The notes: generated from the sequence alone by a model not told the origin. A stretch of DNA of 64,000 nucleotides from Oceanispirochaeta sp. (GCA_963663385.2 CAXXXD010000002.1:1376001-1440000), one strand, 5' to 3'. Shown: positions 1 to 9,950, numbered from the stretch's first letter. Numbers and translations: made by a program.

Positions 1-399
1 CTTGTACAATTAAATAAATTATCAGAATCTAACGAAAGCAGAAGAAAGCTAACTGAAAGATATTTTATTGAGCTTAAAAAAATGGAAAATGTAATAATCC
101 CATTTTTGGATTACAATCTCGGGACTCCGACATATCACATTCTGCCTATCCTTTTAGATGAGAAAATCAATAGAAGTAAAGTTATTGAATTATTAAAGAA
201 CGATGGAATTCAAACAAGTATCCATTATCCATCCATTCAATCATTTACTGCATATAAATCAATTGTTAACGATACTCCACTTGCTCAATATGTTTCAGAT
301 CATGAAATAACTCTTCCTTTATTTCCTACTATGAGTTTTGATCAAGTGGATTTAGTATGCAATTCATTAAAAAAAGCTTTAGAAAAATCCCATATATAA
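1..399 (+). CDS. DegT/DnrJ/EryC1/StrS-family PLP sugar aminotransferase, C-terminal part (5' end outside window)
   Basis: Frame is open from base 1 (LVQLNKLSESNESRRKL...). C-terminal motifs GIQTSIHYP and EITLPLFPTM are typical of the family. Confidence 0.85.
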   Translation, partial: LVQLNKLSESNESRRKLTERYFIELKKMENVIIPFLDYNLGTPTYHILPILLDEKINRSKVIELLKNDGIQTSIHYPSIQSFTAYKSIVNDTPLAQYVSDHEITLPLFPTMSFDQVDLVCNSLKKALEKSHI

Positions 400-433
400 A
401 TTGATAATATAATTCGTGTATTAGGAGTTAAAA

Positions 434-1102
434 TTGATACGCATTCTAGATATTCTGATTTCATTTGTAGCAATAGTAATTTTGTTTCCATTTTTACTAC
501 CGATAGTTATCCTGCTTAAATTAACCGGTGAGCATGATATATTTTATTTACAGACACGTGTCGGATATAAAGGGAAGGATTTCAAAGTTTTCAAGTTTGC
601 AACAATGTTAAGAGATAGTCCAAATATGCCTGGAGGCGTATTAACACAGAAAAACGATCCTCGAATTTTACCATTAGGAAATTTTCTTAGAAAAACAAAA
701 ATTAATGAACTACCACAACTGATTAATATCCTTATAGGTGATATGAGTTTTGTAGGGCCAAGACCACAAGCTCGCAGGCATTATGAACTATATTCAGATT
801 ATATCAGATCAAGAATAGATACTGTGCGACCTGGTCTGACTGGAATTGGTTCTGTTATATTTCGAGATGAAGAATCGATCCTGAATGATATAGATAGTGA
901 TAGGGATAAATTTCATGATACTGTAATTGCACCCTATAAAGGAATTCTTGAAGACTGGTATGTAGAGAATAAATCTGTGAGATTGTATTTACAGGTTATA
1001 TTCCTTACAGCTGTATCTGTAATAATTCCAAGAAGCAAACTGCATTTTGCTATATTAAAAGAATTACCTGATATTCCTGAAGAACTAATGGGATTTCTTT
1101 AA
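434..1102 (+). CDS. Initiating sugar phosphotransferase (Bac_transf; PglC/WcaJ-like)
   Basis: N-terminal TM segment; FKVFKFATM, DPRI, LRKTKINELPQL, GDMSFVGPRP and RPGLTG motifs. SD AGGAG precedes a TTG start. Confidence 0.9.
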   Translation: MIRILDILISFVAIVILFPFLLPIVILLKLTGEHDIFYLQTRVGYKGKDFKVFKFATMLRDSPNMPGGVLTQKNDPRILPLGNFLRKTKINELPQLINILIGDMSFVGPRPQARRHYELYSDYIRSRIDTVRPGLTGIGSVIFRDEESILNDIDSDRDKFHDTVIAPYKGILEDWYVENKSVRLYLQVIFLTAVSVIIPRSKLHFAILKELPDIPEELMGFL

Positions 1103-1314
1103 ATTGATACTGATGAAATAATCTTTGTCTTGTAAAACTATCAAATATCCCAGTAAACAGAAGATTTCTGTTCTCCCTGTTTGTTTATAGGTATGAAGTA
1201 AAAATACAACAGGGGGACTTTTGCGGCAAGTTAAGACAACACTCTATATTCAAACCTGAAGGTATTTTAAATCCTGAGAGAACTCAAAACTTTCTGAAAA
1301 ATAGTTGTTGATAA

Positions 1315-2406
1315 ATGAAAAAAATGTTCTTACTGATTTCTTTTTTAACATGTATATTATCAACTCTTTTTTCAGATATCTCTATAGATATAACTTTACC
1401 GACATTAAACGAAGAACTCTATAATTTCGGTTCGCTTGAATCTGAAGAATTTGAATCTTCCGTAATTGAAATAGAAGATGAAATAAACGAAATTCTCAAT
1501 AAACCCTTAATCTCAAAAGCAATAAGTAATGCTATAGCATTAACATCTCAAATCCCCACAACTAACCAAATTCTAAGAAACAGGGACTATTCCTTTTCTT
1601 TCGGAACATCTGCTACCGCCTATACCTATACATTTGATATTGATAGAATCGAAGATGATATAACTGATTTCAATCAAGAGGACGATATTAATCTTGGTGG
1701 TGGAGTTCATGTCATAGAGTTAAATCTAACTTTTCCAATTAATAAAATTCTTAATGAAACAAATGCTTTCCTATCAATAGCGGCTTCTCATCTAATCAAA
1801 GATGAATACTACTTTGACAATTATTTCATACAATCAGGAATAGGAAAACAGTTCTATTCAATCGTGAATGAAAATGGATTAGTGAGTTGGACTCCAGTTT
1901 TCGGACAATGTAATTTCAGCTATAACTATAATAAAGCCGGTGCCCTGATTGATATCGATCAGATTTCTATTGATATGGAGGTGGATCCTGACGGTTCCGG
2001 AATACTGCCAGCCCAGCAATTTACAATTCAAACAGATCCTGAAGTAGATGTCGGTGTCAAATCTGAAATAGTAACAGCTGCATTTTCTTTTTCATCAAGT
2101 CTATGTCTCTTTAAATCAGCACATTTATATATAGGTTCCGGTTTAGTATTTAACTGGGGGAAATCCTATGCTTATATAGATGCGTATGAAGAATTAGAAA
2201 TAGTTGAAAGTGTTCAGGATTATCTAAGTGATTCCGGATCAGTTTCAATTTCAGGACAAGCTGGTAAAGATAATCCTATTCTTGTACTTCCATTCGTATA
2301 TGGTGGTCTTCAATTCCAGTTTAGTTCGATATTCCTTAATATCCCACTTTTATATAGCTCTGATCATGGATTAGGTGCTGGATTATATCTGGGAGTATCA
2401 TTTTGA
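1315..2406 (+). CDS. Exported, probable outer-membrane beta-barrel protein of unknown function
   Basis: Signal peptide, alternating hydrophobic strands, C-terminal GLYLGVSF resembling a beta-signal. AT-rich. Confidence 0.55.
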   Translation: MKKMFLLISFLTCILSTLFSDISIDITLPTLNEELYNFGSLESEEFESSVIEIEDEINEILNKPLISKAISNAIALTSQIPTTNQILRNRDYSFSFGTSATAYTYTFDIDRIEDDITDFNQEDDINLGGGVHVIELNLTFPINKILNETNAFLSIAASHLIKDEYYFDNYFIQSGIGKQFYSIVNENGLVSWTPVFGQCNFSYNYNKAGALIDIDQISIDMEVDPDGSGILPAQQFTIQTDPEVDVGVKSEIVTAAFSFSSSLCLFKSAHLYIGSGLVFNWGKSYAYIDAYEELEIVESVQDYLSDSGSVSISGQAGKDNPILVLPFVYGGLQFQFSSIFLNIPLLYSSDHGLGAGLYLGVSF

Positions 2407-3674
2407 AAAAGATACTCATAATAATATTTATCTCCTTATTAATACTTCCATACCTATATTCATACGAAAGTAAAGAAGTATATCCCTGGAAGACAATAGA
2501 TCTTTCTCCTTCATTTTCCTGTATGTATCTGTCTTCTCAAAGTCGGCATATTTCTGGACAAGGTGTTATTACCGGTCTGCAAGTAGCTGATCTATATGAT
2601 GGGTTCTTACTTGGATTAAATATGGGGTATGTTTTCTTTGATACGGAACATGAATACTTTACTCCGATCCCGCTCTTAGCTTTTGATGGGGGATATTCCT
2701 TTCCCTTAAATAATTATATGAGTGCCGGACCGTATATCGGGTATTCTTTATACTATCCGGTTGAGGATTTTTCAATTGGATTTGATCGAGTCCTGTCATT
2801 AGGAGTTGAATTTAATCTACATTTGTATAACAGGAATTTCCTTACTTTAAATTCATCCTATAATGCAGCTTTTGGCAGTTATGATTTTCTATCATTTAAA
2901 GCTGGGTTAAAACATGACGTTCCGGTAATGATGAAAATGCGAAAACCGGATTTGAATCTAGGCCTCTCTCCTGTTGTGTTTTCACCAGATTCAGATGGCA
3001 AGGATGATATTCTTTATATTGAATTGGATACATCTCATAAAAGAGCTATTGATGAATGGTTTGTAACTGTTTCTGATTATACAGGTAGTCCTATTGCTTT
3101 CTGGGGAGGTGATGGTCCGCCTCCTGAACAAATTGAATGGGGCGGTCAATCATATAGTGGAAATCTTGTATTCTCAGCTTCGGATTATTATGTATCAGCT
3201 GTGTTAATTGATAAGCTTGGTAATGAGACTACAGTACACAAGCCTTTTATCACTGATATTTTTGTTCAGGAAGTTAATGGAATCGCAAAAATACGTATCC
3301 CCAATATTGTGTTTTCACCAGGGAAAGCTGACTTTTCTACATTGGAAGAGCATGAAATCAACCGAAATAGCGAGATCATTAATAAATTAACTGATTTTTT
3401 AAAAAAATTCCCCGAATATCATATTGTAATAGAGGGGCATGGGAATATTATTGCCTGGAAGGATAAAATCCTGGCAGAAAAGGAACAAGAGGAAGAGCTT
3501 ATTCCTCTTTCCCTTGATCGTGCCAGGCTGATTAAGACGATATTGATAGAAAAAGGGATTAATGCTGAACGGCTTGATGTAGCAGGAAAAGGCGGGGGGG
3601 AACCTTTAGTTGCTTTTTCTGATGAAAGTAATCGTTGGATGAATCGAAGAGTGGAATTTATTCTTATCAAATAA
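2403..3674 (+). CDS. OmpA-family peptidoglycan-binding protein with a central Ig-like domain (FSPxxDG motif)
   Basis: C-terminal IEGHGN...LSLDRA...NRRVEF OmpA motif; FSPDSDGKDD motif; signal peptide; overlaps the upstream stop. Confidence 0.8.
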   Translation: MKKILIIIFISLLILPYLYSYESKEVYPWKTIDLSPSFSCMYLSSQSRHISGQGVITGLQVADLYDGFLLGLNMGYVFFDTEHEYFTPIPLLAFDGGYSFPLNNYMSAGPYIGYSLYYPVEDFSIGFDRVLSLGVEFNLHLYNRNFLTLNSSYNAAFGSYDFLSFKAGLKHDVPVMMKMRKPDLNLGLSPVVFSPDSDGKDDILYIELDTSHKRAIDEWFVTVSDYTGSPIAFWGGDGPPPEQIEWGGQSYSGNLVFSASDYYVSAVLIDKLGNETTVHKPFITDIFVQEVNGIAKIRIPNIVFSPGKADFSTLEEHEINRNSEIINKLTDFLKKFPEYHIVIEGHGNIIAWKDKILAEKEQEEELIPLSLDRARLIKTILIEKGINAERLDVAGKGGGEPLVAFSDESNRWMNRRVEFILIK

Positions 3675-4049
3675 GTGAGTTTAATGATGCGTAATAATTT
3701 ATTTATTCTAATTCTTATTTTATTTCATTGTTTTTCACTTGGAAGCCAGGAATATAAAACCAGACAAGACTTTGTTCCACCGGAACCTCAAGAAGAACCA
3801 ATCTTTGGGATTTTTGATGAAATTGAACCAGCTGATGGTATTGCTATTTCTTCTTTAGGAGTTATTTCCGGGATATTTATTACTGTAGGATGTGCTTACG
3901 ATATTCTCGATTCTTCAATCAATGATCCTTATAGTGTAAAACTTCAACAGAATACTATTGAAACAGGTGTAGCTTTAATAGGTACAGGGATTTTTACTTT
4001 GGCTCTGGATTTTTTTATTACAAAAGCTAAAGAATCAAATGAAAAATAG
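3675..4049 (+). CDS. Small hypothetical membrane/exported protein
   Basis: Signal-like N-terminus and two hydrophobic segments; abuts the OmpA gene. Start may be a few codons downstream. Confidence 0.55.
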   Translation: MSLMMRNNLFILILILFHCFSLGSQEYKTRQDFVPPEPQEEPIFGIFDEIEPADGIAISSLGVISGIFITVGCAYDILDSSINDPYSVKLQQNTIETGVALIGTGIFTLALDFFITKAKESNEK

Positions 4050-4114
4050 GGTAAAAGTCATTCTGAGTTGAGATGGCATAGCCGTGTTAATTAAAACAAT
4101 GATACTATCTATTC

Positions 4115-4933
4115 ATGCAAAATAATAAAGACCCCTTCCACTGGCGAACCGCCATCTCCTACAAAACAAAAGATGAAATCGTCGTCCGCGGTTACGACCT
4201 GAACGAACTAACCGGAAATGTGGACTTCTCCTCCATGGTACAGCTCGTATTGAAAGGGGAGCTTCCCCCGGAAAATCACAGCAAGATGCTGGACGCCATC
4301 CTGGTCAACTTCTGCGAACACGCCTTCTCCCCCTCATCAGCCTCCTGCCGCTTCGTCGCCTCCGGCGGCGTCCCCCTCAATGCGGCCGTTGCCGGAGGAA
4401 TCCTCACCATGGGAGAACGCCACGCCTCGGCGGATATCCCCGCTAAAATGTTTCAGGATGCTCTTATAACGATGACCGAAGAGAATCTCTCAATAAAAGA
4501 GATGGCCCGGAAAATGGTAGGGGAGTACCGCGCTGAAAGGAAAATCCTCAACGGTTACCACCACCCCCAGCATATAAAAGACCCGCGGGTTGTCCGTTTA
4601 ATCGAACTGGCCGGGGAATATAAAATAACAGGCCCCCATCAGGAACTGGCCCTGGCCATACAGGAGGAAACCGGCCATTTCTACAGCCGCACCCTCTACC
4701 TGAACGCCCCGGGCATTATGGCCGCCATCCTTTCTGATATGAACTTCACCCCGGGGCAGATTAAAGGTCTGGCTATCCTCTCCCGCACCGTCTCCATGGT
4801 GGCCCACACCCTGGAGGAACAGGACCGGGAAAAAGCCTGGCGCGGCTCCGGCCAGTCCGACATCACCCAGCCCCTGGACCTCTCCCTCCAGGACCCCGCC
4901 TACTACGACGGCCCCGAAAAAAGATCCTTATAA
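4115..4933 (+). CDS. Citryl-CoA lyase / citrate-synthase-fold protein (divergent)
   Basis: WRTAIS...IVVRGYDLNEL, GYHHP..KDPR and GLAILSRT..VAHTLEEQ motifs; 272 aa. Confidence 0.75.
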   Translation: MQNNKDPFHWRTAISYKTKDEIVVRGYDLNELTGNVDFSSMVQLVLKGELPPENHSKMLDAILVNFCEHAFSPSSASCRFVASGGVPLNAAVAGGILTMGERHASADIPAKMFQDALITMTEENLSIKEMARKMVGEYRAERKILNGYHHPQHIKDPRVVRLIELAGEYKITGPHQELALAIQEETGHFYSRTLYLNAPGIMAAILSDMNFTPGQIKGLAILSRTVSMVAHTLEEQDREKAWRGSGQSDITQPLDLSLQDPAYYDGPEKRSL

Positions 4934-4941
4934 TATAACAA

Positions 4942-5075
4942 CCCCTCTCCCTCTGGGAGAGGGGATTAAGGGGTGAGGGTTTAACCAGCCAGTTCCCTCT
5001 GGGAGAGGGGATTAAGGGGTGAGGGTTAACCAGCCAGTTCCCTCTGGGAGAGGGGATTAAGGGGTGAGGGTTTAA
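4942..5075. repeat. REP-like tandem array of three 45-46 bp units (TCCCTCTGGGAGAGGGGATTAAGGGGTGAGGGTT(T)AACCAGCCAGT); third unit split by the IS and continued at 6749-6776
   Basis: Units start at 4948, 4994 and 5039. The first carries the full hairpin CCCCTCTCCC-TCT-GGGAGAGGGG. Confidence 0.9.
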
Positions 5076-6748
5076 CCCGCATTTCTCACCAGCTTTTTAA
5101 CTAAAAAAGGATTTCCCATGTTAAAGTATTTGTAGCCAAACAATTACTTTACGCTAAAAGGAAATCCTATATGAATACAAAGTGTAAATGTGAACAGCTG
5201 GAATTTCAAGGGTTCGGAAGAAGAAAAATCGTCATTAAAAATGACGGGAAGATGAACACTACCGATGGCGGTTATCTACTACTTCAGCAGATTGAGCGAA
5301 AACACGGCATAATAAGTCACTTGGCGGATTGTTTTTCAGATTCCAGAGAACAGTACCGGGTTAAGCATACTTTAAAAGGATTGTTAACACAGCGGATTTT
5401 CGGGATTTGCCAGGGGTATGAAGATCTGAATGATCATGATCATTTACGAGAAGATCCGCTGCTGCAGTATGTGTGCGGAAAGGTAAAATCTCCCGTAGCC
5501 GGCAAGAGTACTCTGAACCGACTTGAGCTTGGTCTGGAGCCGGATGAAAGTGATGATCGATACAGCAAGATCACATGGAATGAGCAAGAGATAGAGGATC
5601 TATTCTGCGACTTGTTTTTGGATAGCCTGAAAGAGGCTCCGGATTCTCTGATTCTGGATTTTGATGCTACCGATATTCCCATCCATGGAGACCAGGCCAA
5701 CAAGTTTTTTCATGGTTACTATGATCACTACTGTTACCTTCCTTTGTACGTGTTCTGTGGGGATTTTCCACTTGCTGCAAAGCTCAGGCCATCCAATATC
5801 GATGCCTGTAAAGGCACCGAAGAGATACTGGAGAGACTTGTAAGAAAAATCAGGGAACGATTTCCGAATGCAAATATCATCTTCCGTGGAGATTCAGGCT
5901 TTTGTCGCGACAGTATCCTGAATACCTGCGAGTCCCTGAATATTGAATATGTCGTTGGTATGGGAAGAAATGATCGTCTTTTGGATAAGATAACCTGGCA
6001 AATGATCGAGACATCGAGAATTTATCAAGAGACAAAAGAACCAGCACGTGTTTTCACACGGTTTCCCTATCGAACGAAGACAAGTTGGAGCTGTGAGCGT
6101 CAGGTCGTAGCCAAGGCAGAGCATCTTCCCCGAGGTCGGAATCCCCGCTTTATTGTTACGAATATTTCAGCTGAAAAATGGGATGATAAATCGCTGTATG
6201 AACAGCTATACTGTGCTCGTGGTGACATGGAGAATCGTATTAAAGATCAGCAACTGGACATGTTTGCAGACAGAACATCATCGTGGTGGATGAGTTCCAA
6301 CCAGCTTCGCCTTTGGTTCTCTGCCATTGCTTATATTTTCTTCGTATATCTGCAACAGATTATCCGCAGAGTAACAGGGGATGATATAAAACGTATACCC
6401 TCTACTATAAGGCTGAAATATCTGAAAGTTTCCGCTGCTGTAAGGATAACAGTCCGGAATGTATGGGTAAGTCTACCGGAGAGTTTCCCGTACTGGGATA
6501 TCTGGATTAAAACATCGCAGGCATTCTGAATCAAGAATAATATCCAATGTATTTCTCATCGTTATTTTGAAGGGTATTGTATGCCGGAAGAATCGGTTTA
6601 AATCAGAAAAAGTGTAAAAATATAGAACAATTCAGAAATTGAAAAGTCAAAAAAAATGATTTGTATTATGAAATGGTTATACCAGGTATAGAAGGCAACA
6701 AAAAGTCTTCATTTTTATACCCGGTTCATAGCTGGTGAGAAATGCGGG
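5076..6748 (+). mobile_element. IS1380-family insertion sequence, apparently intact
   Basis: Perfect 19-bp terminal IRs CCCGCATTTCTCACCAGCT (5076-5094) / AGCTGGTGAGAAATGCGGG (6730-6748). TTAA duplicated at 5072-5075 and 6749-6752. Confidence 0.95.
5171..6529 (+). CDS. IS1380-family DDE transposase
   Basis: GYEDLND, LDFDATD, FHGYY, RGDSGF and YCARGDMENRIK motifs; 452 aa uninterrupted. Confidence 0.95.
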   Translation: MNTKCKCEQLEFQGFGRRKIVIKNDGKMNTTDGGYLLLQQIERKHGIISHLADCFSDSREQYRVKHTLKGLLTQRIFGICQGYEDLNDHDHLREDPLLQYVCGKVKSPVAGKSTLNRLELGLEPDESDDRYSKITWNEQEIEDLFCDLFLDSLKEAPDSLILDFDATDIPIHGDQANKFFHGYYDHYCYLPLYVFCGDFPLAAKLRPSNIDACKGTEEILERLVRKIRERFPNANIIFRGDSGFCRDSILNTCESLNIEYVVGMGRNDRLLDKITWQMIETSRIYQETKEPARVFTRFPYRTKTSWSCERQVVAKAEHLPRGRNPRFIVTNISAEKWDDKSLYEQLYCARGDMENRIKDQQLDMFADRTSSWWMSSNQLRLWFSAIAYIFFVYLQQIIRRVTGDDIKRIPSTIRLKYLKVSAAVRITVRNVWVSLPESFPYWDIWIKTSQAF

Positions 6749-6829
6749 TTAACCAGCCAGCTCTCTTTGGGAGAGCATTTGAATGATTCCTGTAAACAAT
6801 GTATTATAAGGTTGAAAGGCTGGTTTTAA

Positions 6830-7048
6830 ATGATTGAGCAGAAACAGATAATGAAATTGAATATATCAGAGAAAATTCAACTAATGGAATTGCTTTGGGA
6901 TGAAATAAGCCGTGATGATGATAATCTTGAAATACCGGAATGGCATAAACAGATTCTGGATAGCAGAATGACAAAAAATGAAGGTGATAATAGTCATTAT
7001 GAAGATTGGAATTCAGCTAAAGCTGATATCCTGAAAAAAATTCAATGA
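6830..7048 (+). CDS. Addiction-module antitoxin (TIGR02574-like)
   Basis: EKIQLMELLWDEI...PEWHKQILDSR...DW pattern; ATGA overlap with the toxin gene. Confidence 0.85.
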   Translation: MIEQKQIMKLNISEKIQLMELLWDEISRDDDNLEIPEWHKQILDSRMTKNEGDNSHYEDWNSAKADILKKIQ

Positions 7049-7338
7049 AAATACAGATTCTTGATGAAGCCAAAGCAGATCTGATAGAAGGCTTCCTGTT
7101 CTATGAAAAAAAATCAGCAGGATTGGGGCGATATTTTCTTGATTCACTTTATTCTGATATAGATTCATTGCTCTTATATGCAGGAATCCATCGTAAAATT
7201 TACAAGTCTCACTATAGATTACTTTCAAAGAGATTTCCTTATGCAGTGTTTTATAGAATTAATGAAACGAGCATTATGGTTGATGCAGTACTTGATTGTC
7301 GAAAAAATCCGAAGTCTATAGAAAATCGATTATCTTAA
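7045..7338 (+). CDS. RelE/ParE-family toxin
   Basis: EAKADLIEGFLFYE...GLG..F, RFPYAVFYR and AVLDCRKNP motifs. Confidence 0.9.
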   Translation: MKIQILDEAKADLIEGFLFYEKKSAGLGRYFLDSLYSDIDSLLLYAGIHRKIYKSHYRLLSKRFPYAVFYRINETSIMVDAVLDCRKNPKSIENRLS

Positions 7339-7498
7339 TAAATATACCGAAGACCCCCAATCCGCAGCTGAGGTCAGCTAACGCAAACAGAAAGCCGGGC
7401 CCGAAGATACCCGAGCGGAGTCGAGGGGCCGAGGCTCGACCAAATCGCAGGAATCATGTTAGATTTGAACCAATCCTTCATACAACCAGGAACGGAAA

Positions 7499-8797
7499 AT
7501 GAGCAGTAATAAAACCGTCTATGTCGCCATGAGCGCCGATCTGATCCACCCGGGTCATCTGAATATAATCCACACCGCCGTACAGTACGGCGAAGTAACC
7601 GTCGGGGTTCTGACCGATACGGCTATCGCCAGCTACAAAAGGCTGCCCTATATGGACTTTGAACAGCGAAAAGACATTGTAGCGAACCTGAAGGGGGTCA
7701 GTAACGTTATCCCCCAGGAGACCCTGGACTATGTGCCCAACCTGAAAAAACTGAAACCCGATTACGTTGTTCACGGAGACGACTGGAAGGAGGGGGTTCA
7801 GAAAGAGACCCGTCAGAGGGTTATCGATACCCTGAAAGAGTGGGGGGGAGAACTGATTGAACCCCACTATACACCTGGCATCTCTTCCACCAAGCTGAAC
7901 AACGCCCTGAAAGAGATCGGGACCACCCCGGATATCCGTCTGAGAAAACTGCGGAGGCTCCTCAATGCCAAACCTGTTGTCCGGGTTATGGAAGCCCACA
8001 GCGGTCTGACCGGACTGATTGTTGAAAAAACGAAGGTGGTTAAGGACGGCCGGACCAATGAGTTCGACGCCATGTGGCTCAGCAGTCTGACCGACTCCAC
8101 CAACAAGGGGAAACCCGATATCGAGTGTGTGGACCTCACCTCCCGTCAGCAGACGGTCAACGATATCCTGGAAGTCACCACCAAACCGATTATCTACGAC
8201 GGAGACAGCGGGGGAATCCCGGAGCACTTTGTCTTTACGGTTAAATCCCTGGAGCGCCTGGGGGTATCCGCCATTATTATTGAGGATAAAACAGGCTTGA
8301 AGCAGAACTCTCTTTTCGAGAGCGATGACCTTCAGAAGCAGGATTCCATCGAGAATATCTGCTACAAGATAAAGGTGGGGAAGGACGCCCAGGTTACCGA
8401 TGATTTTATGATTATCGCCCGGATCGAAAGCCTGAACCTCGGCAGGGGAGTCGATGACGCTCTGGAGAGAGCCAAAGCCTATATCGAAGCGGGAGCCGAC
8501 GGGATCATGATCCACTCCAAGGAGAAGGAACCGGTCAATATGTTCGCCTTCTGCGATCAGTACAAAAAACTTGAAATTAGGGTTCCCCTTGTGGCCGTAC
8601 CCAGTATGTACTCCCATATTACAGAAACGGAGCTTCAGGAGAAAGGGATCTCCATTGTCATCTATGCCAATCAGCTCCTCCGGAGCGCCTATCCCATGAT
8701 GATGAAAACGGCGGAAACCATTCTGCAGAATGAACGGGCTCTGGAAGCGGATGCCGACTGTATGCCCATTAAAGAGATTATCTCTCTCATCAAATAA
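7499..8797 (+). CDS. pepM: Phosphoenolpyruvate mutase with fused N-terminal cytidylyltransferase domain
   Basis: PepM-diagnostic EDKxxxxxNS ([10 protein letters not shown]). N-terminal [14 protein letters not shown] and GISST motifs of the HxGH cytidylyltransferase family. Confidence 0.95.
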   Translation: MSSNKTVYVAMSADLIHPGHLNIIHTAVQYGEVTVGVLTDTAIASYKRLPYMDFEQRKDIVANLKGVSNVIPQETLDYVPNLKKLKPDYVVHGDDWKEGVQKETRQRVIDTLKEWGGELIEPHYTPGISSTKLNNALKEIGTTPDIRLRKLRRLLNAKPVVRVMEAHSGLTGLIVEKTKVVKDGRTNEFDAMWLSSLTDSTNKGKPDIECVDLTSRQQTVNDILEVTTKPIIYDGDSGGIPEHFVFTVKSLERLGVSAIIIEDKTGLKQNSLFESDDLQKQDSIENICYKIKVGKDAQVTDDFMIIARIESLNLGRGVDDALERAKAYIEAGADGIMIHSKEKEPVNMFAFCDQYKKLEIRVPLVAVPSMYSHITETELQEKGISIVIYANQLLRSAYPMMMKTAETILQNERALEADADCMPIKEIISLIK

Positions 8798-8815
8798 ACA
8801 GCGGAGCCGGAAGGA

Positions 8816-9949
8816 ATGATTAAACCCACAGAATTTGTTAACGAACTGGATCAGTTTATCGATTTTTATACGGGAGTCCCCGACTCTCTTCTAAAGGATT
8901 TCTGCGCCTGTCTGAGTGATTATAAATCGGAGAGGCAGCATATTATCGCCGCCAACGAAGGGAACTCTATCGGATTGGCCGCGGGGCATTACCTGGGAAG
9001 CGGGAAACCGGCTCTGGTGTATATGCAGAATTCCGGTATCGGGAATACGGTGAACCCCCTTCTTTCCCTGACCGATTCGGATGTGTACCGTATCCCGGTT
9101 CTCCTTCTGATCGGCTGGAGAGGGGAACCCGGCAAGAAGGATGAGCCCCAGCATGTCAAACAGGGGAAGATCACAACCAGCCTTCTGGAATGCATGGGTA
9201 TTGATTATGCCGTTCTGGATGGGGACAGCGATTACAGGGATGTGATACGGAAAGCCCGTATCTGCCTGGATCAGGAACTGCCTTTTGCCATTGTTGTGAA
9301 GAAAGGAGCCTTCGAGGCTTATAAGCTGAAGAAATCCGCAGAGGATCTTTCAGCCTTTTCCCGGGAAGATGCTCTGGATGTGATCCTGGAACATACGGAA
9401 GAATCGGATTTTTTTGTTTCCACCACAGGTAAAATATCCCGGGAGCTTTTTGAGCTGCGGAAAAAGAGGAGACAGGGGCATACACGGGATTTCCTTATTG
9501 TAGGATCCATGGGGCATACCTCCCAGATTGCCGCCGGGGTGGCCCTGAGCCGTCCGGAAAAAAGAGTCTACTGTGTGGACGGGGACGGATCGGTTCTGAT
9601 GCATATGGGCTCTCTGGCGGTCAATGCCAGTGTGGCTCCTGAAAATATGGTCCATATCGTCCTGAATAACGGCTCCCATGATACGGTGGGAGGACAGCCG
9701 ACGGCAGCTTCTTTCCTCAATCTGGACAGGATAGCTTCCGAGTGCGGCTATAAAAGGTGCTTCTCCTGTTCTTCTCCGGATGAACTTGTCAAAGCGCTGG
9801 ATAGTGTGCAGAACATAGGGGCGCTCTCCCTGATTGAGGTCCGGGTGAAGAAAGGCTCCCGTAAAGAACTGGGGAGGCCGACGGTTACACCGGTTGAGTG
9901 TAAAAAAGCCTTCATGACCGCCCTTGCTGTAGAGCAGGAACAGGAGTGA
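8816..9949 (+). CDS. aepY: Phosphonopyruvate decarboxylase (TPP-dependent)
   Basis: GVPDSLLK, AANEGN, YMQNSGIGN, DEPQH, GSMGH, DGDGS and HDTVGGQPT motifs; follows pepM. Confidence 0.95.
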   Translation: MIKPTEFVNELDQFIDFYTGVPDSLLKDFCACLSDYKSERQHIIAANEGNSIGLAAGHYLGSGKPALVYMQNSGIGNTVNPLLSLTDSDVYRIPVLLLIGWRGEPGKKDEPQHVKQGKITTSLLECMGIDYAVLDGDSDYRDVIRKARICLDQELPFAIVVKKGAFEAYKLKKSAEDLSAFSREDALDVILEHTEESDFFVSTTGKISRELFELRKKRRQGHTRDFLIVGSMGHTSQIAAGVALSRPEKRVYCVDGDGSVLMHMGSLAVNASVAPENMVHIVLNNGSHDTVGGQPTAASFLNLDRIASECGYKRCFSCSSPDELVKALDSVQNIGALSLIEVRVKKGSRKELGRPTVTPVECKKAFMTALAVEQEQE

Positions 9950-9950
9950 T

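Noticed and set aside
4942..5075. Possible CRISPR array
   Set aside because: Units are contiguous and near-identical with no unique spacers; no cas genes in the window.
6639..6669. ISEcp1-like outward promoter (TTGAAA...TATTAT)
   Set aside because: The spacer is 19 bp in very AT-rich DNA; too weak to call.
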